DNA of 64,000 nt. Origin: Guillardia theta CCMP2712 (lineage: Eukaryota; Protista; Cryptophyta). The notes under the pieces were generated by a model, which saw only the letters and a program-made list of their open reading frames with translations, was not told where the DNA came from and searched no databases. The translations under genes and the position numbers were made by a program. Positions within the stretch are counted from its first letter, which is position 1. Every line of letters starts with the position of its first letter. The stretch spans positions 153,018-217,017 of the forward strand of contig NW_005434578.1 of assembly GCF_000315625.1 (NCBI RefSeq). The letters run 5' to 3'. Of the stretch, positions 15,389-29,969 are shown in pieces.

Positions 15389-15989
15389 CCCTCCTGATTC
15401 TCTTATTCCTTACCCTACAGCAAATCTTCCCTCCTGCTCTGCATCTGCCTCCCTCTACCCCAAGCTCGTCTCTCCCTCCACATTTTCATCCTCCTCTTCA
15501 CCTGCCCACCTTTCCTCTTGATCCTTCCCACGTCCTCTGTTCACTAGTGCTCCGCAGATGGCAGTGGGGACAGAGGAGGAGGAGTTGTACCTGAAGATCT
15601 GCGCCACCAACGACGTCTCTCCTCTCGCCATCATCCGCAACATCCTCGCTATCTGCGCACAGGTCTGCTGTCTCCTTGCCTTGCCGTCCTCCCTCACGCA
15701 GCTGCAGACGCGGCTGGGCTACGGGGAGGCGATGAGCTGCGAGTACGCGTACGAGGAGGAGCGGAGGTTCGCGCTCAACACGGTGAGGAACGATATCGTC
15801 ATCCTGGACCCAGCGACGAGCGAGCCGTCGGCTATGGCGAAGAGGAGGGCGAGCGGGGGCGGGAAGGAGGGGAAAGAGGAGGCGGCAGCAGGGGTCGCTG
15901 TGGAAGCAGGAGGGGAGCTGCAGTTCGGGGACGGGACAGATTGGGCGATTGTGCTTCCTCCTCCTCCTAGTGAGACCCCGGACTTTTGA
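14021..15989 (+). CDS. ATG14/UVRAG (Vps38)-family class III PI3K subunit
   Basis: N-terminal CxxC...CxxC, long coiled coil, EIQGLPCP, LIAKYLSVSLPFRV, EYPL, ALYLLAMNVRHV; one intron apparently has a GC donor (15291). Confidence 0.75.
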
Positions 15990-16115
15990 GGAGGAGGGAA
16001 AGGAGGAGGAGGAGGAGGAGGAGGAGGAAAAGGAGGAGGAAAGAGTATGGGGACAGATATGCATTGATTATTATTCGTTACTTGACATGCGAATTTCACT
16101 TGTGTTGTTACATGC

Positions 16116-19798
<3,683 letters not shown>

Positions 19799-21107
19799 CG
19801 TTGCCCACTGTTATCCCTTGCTCAGGAGCTCATCAGTGTACACCAGGGCGGGTGAAGCACGCAACTCAAAGTTGGTAACGCTGTCCGCTGCCAGCTCTCA
19901 TATACTGCTCGTCACGCCCTCACACTGCTCTCATCATCGTCTGTCCATCGTCTGCTCGCATCGACTGCTCATCGTCTGATCACGCGCCTCTCTCCTCCTT
20001 CTCTTCGTCGCGTCCTTGCATGGCTCCGCATTCGTCCCATCTCGCATTTCCCGCCTGCTCTTCAACTACCTACCCCATGCCAATCGTGTACAACTGTACC
20101 CTTACCCACCTTAAAATTTGATAACCCCTGTATTTGCCCATACTTTTTCTGTTGAGACCACGGGTACAAAGGGCAGTGGTAAGGGTTAGAATGCTACAGC
20201 TGATCACCCCTACCCCACCACCTTCATGTTTCAAAAACCGAAATGAGCGTGGAGGCATCGGTTTGGGCTGAGGGGTCGGAAGAGGAAGGAAAGGCGGAGA
20301 GAGGGACGGCATGTGATAGTTCGGAGGAAGTAGGAGATGCTTGCATGTCAGTCATGGGTCAAAGATTGGCAGAGGAGTTGCTGCTGATCGCGGGACTGAA
20401 CGTGACTGTGAAAAATTCGAAATCAGGCAATTTCGCAAGTGCAAGGATAGAAGTACTGCAGTTGTTCTATTGTCATTTGTTTGTTTTCTCATCCATGCTT
20501 CATGTAGAAACATATCAGAATTGTCCCCGCATGTTCTATCTCAAGGTGAAACGAGGGCGAAGGTGCAAACGCCCTTGGATTGATCAAGCGAACAGGAATA
20601 GGGGAGGATGAATGGATTTCAGGACGATAAAGCAGCACCTAGAATGTACAAGTCTTCTTGAAAACATGCAAATGCAGCATGGGCACACAGGCAGTGGGAA
20701 AGGAGGGAGCCATCATTCAGAGTGGACTGAACTAGAAATTTGAAACTTGAACTGAAGACAAGTTATGCTGTGCATGTTGTTTCATGAGCCTGCATGTGAA
20801 TGATTTGTACCATGCGATCAACTTGAAGGGAATGACACTTCAGGATGATAGAGACGCTGCTTTGAACCCGTGCATTTGCAAACTCTCATCACTGCTGTGC
20901 CCTACCGTCACAGCTTGCATCGCCGTAAGTCAGGGCTAAGGTAGGTATAGAGGTTTTCTAATAATAAAACAGAAGCACAAAGAGAACATGAAGCACATTC
21001 TCAAAGGCAAATCTAGCAGAGCCAACCCCAATGATTCGCTCGTAACTGAAAAAGAAAGAATACACCAGCTGCCAGCTGACCGCCGTCCCAAGCTGCTCAC
21101 TGCCCGG

Positions 21108-21703
21108 CTAGCTTTCCTTGGCTCCTTTCAAGGTTCTCCTCCAAGAAAGAGACACGAGGTTGCAAACCATGCCTGCTGTCGCTATCACCAGCATCGTCTG
21201 CATGAGACTCCCGGGACCTGAGCATCCAGAGGTGAGACATGGTGGTAGCACGGTCATCATATCCAGACCTCTCTTGGGCGACCCCTTGGCTCCTGTGCCG
21301 GCAGGAAACGTTTCGAACGCATACAGCGTGTTGATGAGGAAGATGATCTCTGCCAAAAGGCAGCAGGTGACAGCGCTTCCTCCGACGAACGCTGACAGCA
21401 CGCATGCAGAGGCCCTCGCGATGTGGGAAGCACCAAGGATAGCACAAAAATGGCGCAGGAGAAGTTGCCTCTCCTTCGAATCCTCCCATCTGGGCTTGAA
21501 GGTGAACCCCATCGTACTGAGATCTGCAGAACGCATGTAAGGATCCACCAGATCTCACTTGCAACGGTATGCTCTCTCTTCAGGTACTTACTTCCGTCCT
21601 CCTTGAACAGGTGCCCGAAGCCAATCTGCCCAAACACAAAAGCCAAAACGAGCAAGGAGGCTTTAGAGAGAATCAGCGCGATGGTGCGCAAGCCAAACTC
21701 CAT
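21108..21703 (-). CDS. Small multi-pass membrane protein of unknown function (2 or more exons)
   Basis: Hydrophobic exon MEFGLRTIALILSKASLLVLAFVFGQIGFGHLF, gtaagt donor near 21591, second exon with three hydrophobic segments. Confidence 0.5.
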
Positions 21704-22169
21704 GTCTCTGTTCGCGTGTGAAAACCAACAAGATGACGAAACTGATGATGTTGACGTCGAAGGAAGAATGTGTAAGGAAGATAGACCTTCAAGGCAGTAA
21801 GTCAGCACGATCCAGGAGCAATATCATGCAGCGACCTTCAGGGCGACCTCTCCTTCATCGTTCCTCTCATCAGCTCCTCGGCGATGCGGCAATCCACGCC
21901 TTGGCCATGCTCGGACGAAAACAAGTCAGTGCCGCCGCCTCGGTGATCAAAGGAAAAACAGGACCCCACCCTCTTTCTGAAACATATTTTGAGAGGTAAG
22001 AACCGGTAGTATACCCCTTGAAACCTCCTTACGGATTTCACGACCCGCCCCAGAGTCGGACAGTAGCGTAAAGTACCCCATATTCCAACCAAAAAGTTGC
22101 TTCTCAATGGGGTAGGGGTAAATATCAAGTCCGCCTCATTAGACAAGACTGGAACTCTCAATTCGAGAG

Positions 22170-23410
22170 TTCTCAGTAATCATGAATGTGAGTGGGCTTC
22201 GGTCAGACCGGACCCGGCGTCACACCGGGGGCGTCACACGGTCGGCCCGGACCGTTCGGACTCCATGATCGGACCGCGGCCCCGGGGCCGCCCGCGGCCG
22301 GGACTCAGCGCGGCGGCCCGGGCCGGCCCGCCGGCCCGGGCCGCTCAGAGAGTCAGCCCGGCCAATACTGAGGAACACAGTGACTGCTGATCTAACTTTT
22401 CAGTCACATGATTCAAGTACGGTCACAGCCTGGTGACACCCCGGATTGCCGTTGAACTCAAGTTGCAGCGCTGGAAATGGATTTTCAGTGACAGTCCTTG
22501 GATTTTTTATTCACACACAATTTTGTACTGGTCTTTGAATGATCCTGTATCCGAGGCTCAGAGACGGTTTCTTCACTGAGTGGCAAGAAGTTGAGCCCGC
22601 CGCGCTCGCCGCTCGAGCCCGTGTACAGTACGGTCCGGTCACCGTTACCGAGGCGCCCGGCGGCCCGTACCGTACCGACGGACATCCGAGAATCAGTTCG
22701 ATGATGGCATCATATGCCAGCCATACTATCGGACTAGTCAAGTCCTTCCGTTCGTGACACTCGGACCGGGCAGAGCCTGAACTTAAGAGCACCGTGACTC
22801 GCGGGGCCGTACTACTAGTACCGTCATGATCGGATCCTTACTACGGTAGTATCATATCATCCGTCAACCGGGGCGGCCCGGCTTGCAGTGGCAAGCATGG
22901 TGTACCCCGGTCACTGAGTTCAGTGCCGCAGGCACTATGGAAGAGCCAGTGCGTCTGCCATCTTTTCAAGCCAGGCTGAGGGCCGCTGATTTAATGAGTT
23001 GTACGATTAAGAAATTGCTGAGCCTGAATCATTGAACTTGCGAGCCTTATGTGATGGTTCCCGTTTTGCTACCTTTCAGTCACACCCGCCGCCTTTCACA
23101 GACGCCGCGCAGCATCACTGGCCCTAACTGATAAATAACTTCACACTTTCCTCCTCAATCATGCCTATGATCAGCAGTTTCTCTACGCGAGAGGGCCCGG
23201 GCATCATCCCGGTCCATCGGTTGACCCTCAGGCACACAAGGCTGGCCGGGGCAATCGGACGCGCGGCCCAAGCCTCGCCGCAGGGCAGGCTTGGCCATCA
23301 TACTAGACTAGTCTAGGCCCTGAGGGCGGCTGTTCTCTGAGCGGCTACCGACTGGCACAGTCGCAAAGCGGCAGTGACCGTTCAGTGGCCGCAGACTGGC
23401 ATAGCAACTT
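22170..23410. repeat. Micro-hairpin/palindrome-rich intergenic tract
   Basis: tactac-g-gtagta (22839-22851), ctagactagtctag (23303-23316), many ggcccgggcc, ccgtacgg-like and tcagtgac words. Confidence 0.75.
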
Positions 23411-24707
23411 GTTTATTTCATGACGTTCGCCACAATGATATCGACTAAATCGCTAACCGTGAACAATCCGTCCAAGTCACCGACCGTACTGAAAGCTCGT
23501 ACGACGGTAGGCGGCCGGTTCTGCATCTACTCGAACATGGACTTGGCCAACCTCTCCATGTACACCAAAGACGGCATGATCAACGATGCAATCGTCCACC
23601 GATTCACCGTTTGCAATCACCGTTGTAGACGCTGGCGAGGCTGCTCGGACTCCAGAGTTGCAGCTTTCACCACTGCAAGGCAATTCAAAGGCTGTGGACA
23701 GCGCGAACGCAGGCCGGGGTGTAGTAACAGATACATTACATGTGGCCCGTACCCGAGGACTCCGAAAGACTTTCGGATCCCAGGGCTACTCCCAGCATTG
23801 CATGAGTCTGATAGCTTCGTTGCGTTGCTTGAAGGCTCTGCAAAGTCTGCCCAGTCCAGGGTCCGTCCGTTGGGTACGCACACACCATTTGCATTCACCT
23901 CGCACAAATGCTGCCGCACAGGAAAGAGCGCGTACACGATCAGGTCTTGTTCTATGGAGCCACAGCCTCTAATGAGAGGATCGTTGTACTGTGTATTGCA
24001 TTTGAAATTCATCGAGATTGGTATTTGAAGATTTCGGGGACACAAATTGCAGACCTTGATTTTTGCCGTTTTCTTGATTTTCGGCAAGTTTTCTTAGGGT
24101 TAGGGAAATTAATAGGGTAGGGGTCCATCGCTCTTTGATTTGTCCCGGTTGCTTCAAAGCACAAAGCAGTCAAAATATAGGGTAGGGGTATTTGGAGATG
24201 TGGTGGGGGTCTATTTACTGCCGAACAATGGCGCGCGGTAGTCGCAGGAAAGCTGATGATGAGGATGTAGCTTGATATTTTAACATGTTTCTTGCACTTG
24301 AATCACAACCAAGATCATTCTAAAAGTATATGACTCACGAGAAAGTTGTAACATCATGAGTTATTCATCATGTTGTAATATGAAAATGTGATTTGGTCGC
24401 CTCGCCAAAGTCATGAACCCTAAACCCAAAGATGGCAATGGAAGCATGTTGAGTGTGTTGAACACTTCATTCGATTGCATTTTCATACTATGAACATATT
24501 GCAAGCATGTCGAAGTTCATCAAACAGATTCAACAGTTCTTTTTGTCATCGGTAATCATTGTCGATTCGTACTGCATTTTCATCTCTACATTCTGAATGC
24601 GATGAAAGATCATTCAAGTGCACTAATCCCCACCTGAACCGATGTTTTACACTCTGTTGAACCTGTCCAAGTCAGAGATAGTTGAGTGTAGGCTTATTAC
24701 ACAACGA

Positions 24708-24775
24708 CAAATGGACTTTTTATACAGTTTTTCTGCTTGTCAAATGGACTTTTTATACAGTTTTTCTGCTTGTCA
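24708..24775. repeat. 33-bp perfect tandem duplication
   Basis: caaatggactttttatacagtttttctgcttgt x2. Confidence 0.95.
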
Positions 24776-25296
24776 CTCGGGCAGCACATGACAATGGACG
24801 TTAGCTTCATCTTGCTACCATTCTGCATGGTTGTTTCTCGACCACAGTATGATTCTCCATGACTGGCATTTCCATTTTTGACGAAAGAAATTTGCCATCA
24901 AGCACTCCTCTCGTTTTGAGGACAATGTTCTGCAGTCACATAGTGAACTAGAACAGTCAATGCTGCATTTACTAGAACACAACATGCACAACAGAATACT
25001 GCCGCCGTTGTTGGCTTGTACATAGAAAGCCTTCTCCTGCTATTGCAACTGGGGGGGATATAGGAGCAGAGCAATTGGTCTAGTGTGACCAAAGAACCTC
25101 TGTGTTGGTTGTGTTGCTTCCTAAATGAAGTTGATATCAAACTAAGTTGCTTGGCAACTATGCGTTATCCAGCCGAGGTCGTTTAAGCATGTGCTTGGTT
25201 TGGTTGCAACCTGTGCACCTTCCATTACACGATGCAAACCCATCACGTCAGGCATCAAGCGACTCACCTGGCAACTTCCTCATCAATGTCGCCGGT

Positions 25297-28200
25297 CTAC
25301 CGTCGCGTTCTGGGATCCATACCAAACACCTGCGCTTCGATCGCTTCATTGCCGCGGGTCCACCCGTACCTTGCAAGAATGCCTTTATTTTCCACATTCT
25401 TCACGCTGAAGCTGTTGAGAATCTCCTCGGGAACGACAAACACTATCTCCACCTTCCAGCCTTCCTCCTTCCCAATGCCCAAAAGTTGCAGGCACTTTGC
25501 CATGTATCGCAGTTTGAGGTCATGCGACTGCCTAGTCGTTACCTGCACAAAGCGCACAAATTTTTCACTCCAGTCAACAATCACTGCATCGTAGCCCCCC
25601 TGATTCCATTTCAATGGCTTCAGGCACACCCTTGCTACTTTTGTCTTTTCCTGCAGCTTATGGATTTGCATAGCTTCCAGCCTTATCACGTTACATCTTT
25701 TCCAATCGTCGACTGTCACGGACCTCGTGGTAAGCTGCAGCCCTGCCCCTCGTATCCGAGCAAAGAACAGCATCTCAAACAACCAACCCCGAAGTGTCGG
25801 ATTCCCAGTTGCGTCAACGAGTTCTTCAATCTTCCTCACAAACGTTTCTCCAAGCCTCTGTGCTAGCTCCATGGAAACAAACCTGCTGACAAGCGTCCAG
25901 TGCACCTCGTCTCCGACACGATACTTCCCATGCAGGCGATTCACAGCATTGTTTGCACGCTCTCCCATCCCCATGTCAAACAGGGACGCAAAATCAGGAA
26001 CAGCCTCTATCCCGTCACGGAGTTCTTGGATCGCTTCATCTGTCCTACGTTCAAACATATATCGGCATGAGCCTCCTACAATCTGATACTTTGACTCGAT
26101 TTCTCTCGACCTTCTCTCTTGTTCTGTCTCATCCATGCTTCCCTCGCCTTCATCCATGCTTCCCTCTTCTTCATCCAAGCTCCATTTCATCACATCAGCC
26201 ACACTCTTATAGAACGCGTCGTACCTACAGGCTTCCAGATACTCTTCCATTGTCCACGAATACACCATCATTTCTTCGACCTTCTCATTCGCATCTTGCT
26301 CGGAACTCTTCTTTGCTCGAGAGCTCATCGACGTTGTGATAACAAGCCGCCGATTCTCCAGTTCACGATGAACCCAATACAGGCAAGCACTCAGCACAAA
26401 TCCATGTGCTTGCTCCCCCTGTCGGTAACCATCTATAGACACCAAAGTCTTCTTCCCGCTCGGTGCCCGTTCTCTGAGAAATTTCGGTATCCAAGCCCCC
26501 GCATTGTCGGCAGGCATCTCACATTTTCTCAATACGCCATCATCAACCTGTAAGAATTCGACAATTCCCCACTTCCACAGCCGAAAGCATATCACCCTCC
26601 ATCCCTCCTCCATGCCTCGCGATTGCATGAAGGACATCGTCGTCGTCGTCTTCCCCGTCCCCGGAGGCCCTAGAATCCAACCCAGACACCCCGCCTTGCA
26701 CACCCGGTCGTCAAGGAAACGCCACTGCTCATTGAAGGAATCTCGGCAGTACAGCACACGCACCCCTGCTTGTGACGAGCTGATTGGATCAAACAGCGAT
26801 CGATCGAGAAAGAAGAGTTTGTTCGCCTCCCTGTGCCCCACCAGATCACGACTCAAGGTTTTTTCTGTCCAAATTGCGCTTTCTGCCTCTTCCTCCCGGA
26901 CCTCGGCCCTGTGTTTGTCAAGCACGAGCTCCTTCCTCTCAAGCTGACTGGTCAGCCGTTGCTTTTCTGCCGGGTCTTGGCACATCTCGATCTTGTGCTC
27001 GAGCTCCTTCTTCTCGAGCGTGAGCTTGTGCTCGAGCTCCTTCCTCTCGAGCTTGACCGTGTGCTCGAGCTCCTTCCTCTCAAGCTGACTGGTCAGCCGT
27101 TGCTTTTCTGCCGGGTCTTGGCACATCTCGATCTTGTGCTCGAGCTCCTTCCTCTCGAGCGTGAGCTTGTGCTCGAGCTCCTTCCTCTCGAGCTGACTGG
27201 TCAGCCGTTGCTTGTCTACCGGGTCTTGGCACATCTCGATCTTGTGCTCGAGCTCCTTCCTCTCGAGCTTGACCGTGTGCTCGAGCTCCTTCCTCTCAAG
27301 CTGACTGGTCAGCCGTTGCTTTTCTGCCGGGTCTTGGCACATCTCGATCTTGTGCTCGAGCTCCTTCCTCTCAAGCTGACTGGTCAGCCGTTGCTTTTCT
27401 GCCGGGTCTTGGCACATCTCGATCTTGTGCTCGAGCTCCTTCCTCTCGAGCGTGAGCTTGTGCTCGAGCTCCTTCCTCTCGAGCTTGACCGTGTGCTCGA
27501 GCTCCTTCCTCTCAAGCTGACTGGTCAGCCGTTGCTTGTCTACCGGGTCTTGGCACATCTCGATCTTGTGCTCGAGCTCCTTCCTCTCGAGCGTGAGCTT
27601 GTGCTCGAGCTCCTTCCTCTCAAGCTGACTGGTCAGCCGTTGCTTTTCTGCCGGGTCTTGGCACATCTCGATCTTGTGCTCGAGCTCCTTCCTCTCGAGC
27701 TTGACCGTGTGCTCGAGCTCCTTCCTCTCAAGCTGACTGGTCAGCCGTTGCTTGTCTACCGGGTCTTGGCACATCTCGATCTTGTGCTCGAGCTCCTTCC
27801 TCTCGAGCGTGAGCTTGTGCTCGAGCTCCTTCCTCTCAAGCTGACTGGTCAGCCGTTGCTTTTCTGCCGGGTCTTGGCACATCTCGATCCGGCGCTGGAT
27901 TTGTGAGATAGATTCCACCAGTATGCTCATTTCGTCTGTCTTGCTCTCCTCTTTCTCTTCATCTCGCCTGTATTGCTGTCTTGTTCCTTTTGGTCTTGCT
28001 TTCTCCTTTGACTTTTCATCCTGTCTGTCTTGCTGCATTGCTCTGCTTTTTCTTGCTCTCTTACTTTTGATCTTGTCGCGCTGCTTTTTCAATGTTGCGG
28101 TCTGGAAGACACAGTGAGAGGAACGCAGGAGAGTCAGGTTGTGAACAAAAGCATCAGGATTTGGGCATAAGCATGAGGAAGATGGGAAAGGAAATGAGAG

Positions 28201-28506
28201 TGGAGAAAGCAACGGTGACAGAAGAAACAGTGGAGTTGCAACGGTAAAGCGCGCAAGGCAGTAAACCAAGAAATTGACAAGTGAATTACAGAAAACTACA
28301 CTCACAGAGTTCAATTCAACTTTCTTCTCTGCCTCGTCCTCTCCGCCTTTCAAGCGTAGAGATAGAGGAGATCCAGTGCCTTGGCGCGACTTACGGCTCT
28401 TGAGCTTAGCATACTTTCCTGTCTCAACGGATCGAAGCGCAGATTCGAAGGATAGGAAGAGCTGGAGGATGAGCAAAATTTCCAGAAAAAAATTCAATCC
28501 CCTCAT
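25297..28506 (-). CDS. Crinkler/RHS-type effector-like protein: signal peptide, LRLKGG, helical repeats, P-loop NTPase, restriction-endonuclease-fold domain
   Basis: LYCR, Walker A GWILGPPGTGKTT (~26647-26680), Walker B-like VSIDG, YSWTMEEY, GGSCRYMF, GWLFEMLFF, PLKWNQGGYDAV...FVQVT..SHDLKL; probable 204-nt in-frame intron 28102-28305. Confidence 0.82.
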   Translation of the reverse strand: MRGLNFFLEILLILQLFLSFESALRSVETGKYAKLKSRKSRQGTGSPLSLRLKGGEDEAEKKVELNSVSVVFCNSLVNFLVYCLARFTVATPLFLLSPLLSPLSFPFPSSSCLCPNPDAFVHNLTLLRSSHCVFQTATLKKQRDKIKSKRARKSRAMQQDRQDEKSKEKARPKGTRQQYRRDEEKEESKTDEMSILVESISQIQRRIEMCQDPAEKQRLTSQLERKELEHKLTLERKELEHKIEMCQDPVDKQRLTSQLERKELEHTVKLERKELEHKIEMCQDPAEKQRLTSQLERKELEHKLTLERKELEHKIEMCQDPVDKQRLTSQLERKELEHTVKLERKELEHKLTLERKELEHKIEMCQDPAEKQRLTSQLERKELEHKIEMCQDPAEKQRLTSQLERKELEHTVKLERKELEHKIEMCQDPVDKQRLTSQLERKELEHKLTLERKELEHKIEMCQDPAEKQRLTSQLERKELEHTVKLERKELEHKLTLEKKELEHKIEMCQDPAEKQRLTSQLERKELVLDKHRAEVREEEAESAIWTEKTLSRDLVGHREANKLFFLDRSLFDPISSSQAGVRVLYCRDSFNEQWRFLDDRVCKAGCLGWILGPPGTGKTTTTMSFMQSRGMEEGWRVICFRLWKWGIVEFLQVDDGVLRKCEMPADNAGAWIPKFLRERAPSGKKTLVSIDGYRQGEQAHGFVLSACLYWVHRELENRRLVITTSMSSRAKKSSEQDANEKVEEMMVYSWTMEEYLEACRYDAFYKSVADVMKWSLDEEEGSMDEGEGSMDETEQERRSREIESKYQIVGGSCRYMFERRTDEAIQELRDGIEAVPDFASLFDMGMGERANNAVNRLHGKYRVGDEVHWTLVSRFVSMELAQRLGETFVRKIEELVDATGNPTLRGWLFEMLFFARIRGAGLQLTTRSVTVDDWKRCNVIRLEAMQIHKLQEKTKVARVCLKPLKWNQGGYDAVIVDWSEKFVRFVQVTTRQSHDLKLRYMAKCLQLLGIGKEEGWKVEIVFVVPEEILNSFSVKNVENKGILARYGWTRGNEAIEAQVFGMDPRTRR
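26925..27895 (-). repeat. Coding modular tandem array (75-nt and 33-nt units) inside the Crinkler-like gene
   Basis: 9 x KIEMCQDP(AE/VD)KQRLTSQLERKELEH interleaved with 5 x KLTLE(R/K)KELEH and 4 x TVKLERKELEH. Confidence 0.95.
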
Positions 28507-29509
28507 AATGGACAGTAGAAGTGCTGAAGTTCAAATCAATGTCTCTTGATGCCACGAGTATAGCTGAGAGAAATGCGAACGCGAATCAGATTATTTGGAT
28601 ATCTTTCAAGCCTGCAAGCAGATAAATTGTCATGGGCAACAGGAGATGGTTCTGTTTAAGTTCATAATTGTGGAGTGGACCAGTTCGAACTTCACATCTC
28701 CCATCACCCTCTACCACAGCTCTACCTCACAAAAGTCAAAAGTTATTTTTTTTCTGCACACCTACTCGTACCACTTGGAATCAATCTTCATCTTTATCAA
28801 GTTCAATGTTGGTGCTACTTGAAGACTTCACGTTATCATATCCCCTTCTCTTTATCGGTACAAAGTTATTGTCCTTCCTTATCCCACTTCGCAGTTCAAC
28901 TCAGTCCTCTCGTTTCCTAAGGAAATTGTCCTTTATTTCTGAGGCGTGTTCACTCGCTTCCACCTGATCTCCACTTCACTCATCGGTGCGATGCACATTT
29001 TCCTTTGCTTTCCACTTCCCTTCACTTTCCTTCGCTTTCCATTTCTCATCCTCACCTCACCTCTTGACACTCTGTTTCTGCTTTGACATGGCTTGTTGTG
29101 ATTGATCTCTTCATCTTGGTTACTCTCTAGGCCGGCGGGAGACTCTGGCAGCGGCTCAGATAACCCCACCTCTGCAGCTCAGAGGAAGGGGTACTCTGCC
29201 CCCTTCCTCCCATATATCGCTCGACCTCTCCTCTCTCCTCTCTCCCTCTCCCTCCCTCCCTCTCGACTGCTCACTCTCTCTCCACCTCTTTCATTTATCT
29301 GGCTGTTTAAGGTTTATATGCAGAGGTTTATTAAGTCTTCCAAGGGGGCTGTATGAGGGCTCGAAAAGGGACCACAAATCAGATACTGAAAATCTGCAAG
29401 AGAATTTTAATATTATGTTTTACAATTCAATAATGTTTGCTCCGGTTCGGTTTTCTTTCCTCAGTCAGTAAACAGCTGCATAACCGTTGAACTGTAAAAC
29501 AGGGTGTGG

Positions 29510-29570
29510 ATGCTGGTTGGGTGCTGGTTGGGTGCTGGTTGGGTGCTGGTTGGATGTTGATTGGGTGTTT
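29510..29570. repeat. 11-bp minisatellite (tgctggttggg)n
   Basis: About four copies plus degenerate flanks. Confidence 0.85.
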
Positions 29571-29969
29571 ATTGGTGATTCAATGAAGTAGAATAACTCT
29601 CTCCTCCGTACCTGGTTTCCTTCCTTCCTTCCTTCCTTCTTTGCTCAGTTTTCCCGGGTTCCGATTCCTTCGTTCCTCCTGGCTTCCTCCCCTTCACTGA
29701 TCCATATGCCTGCCATCAGCCGCTGCGCCGCCTCCGCGAAGTCATCGGGCATGGGGACCTTTTCTGGCGCATTGAATGACTACCACCGTAAGTGCTCAGG
29801 TGCCGGGTGCTGTTTGACCACGCGTTCGAATCCTAAGGGCAATCGAAATCGGATTGCTTTTCAGCGTCCGATCAATTCCACTACCAGAATGCCCAAGACT
29901 TTTATGATTCTCGCCCACTCCTGAAACCCGACTACCTACCCTGACTTCATCTCTTGTGAAACTTGAACA

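Noticed and set aside
20243-20611. Short ORFs upstream of AHI1
   Set aside because: No recognisable motif; weak coding signal
23420-24087. 202-aa (+) and 156-aa (-) ORFs; faint Ulp1-like INDAIV
   Set aside because: No catalytic motifs or convincing splice pattern; cannot support a gene call
24094-24430. Telomere-like ttagggttaggg and aaccctaaaccc
   Set aside because: Only 1-2 units, insufficient for an interstitial telomere call
26925-27895. CRISPR-like alternation of repeats
   Set aside because: No unique spacers, all units are in-frame coding modules, eukaryotic context, no cas genes
26833-27906. 357-aa Leu-rich ORF on the + strand
   Set aside because: Antisense shadow of the coding repeat array in the Crinkler-like gene
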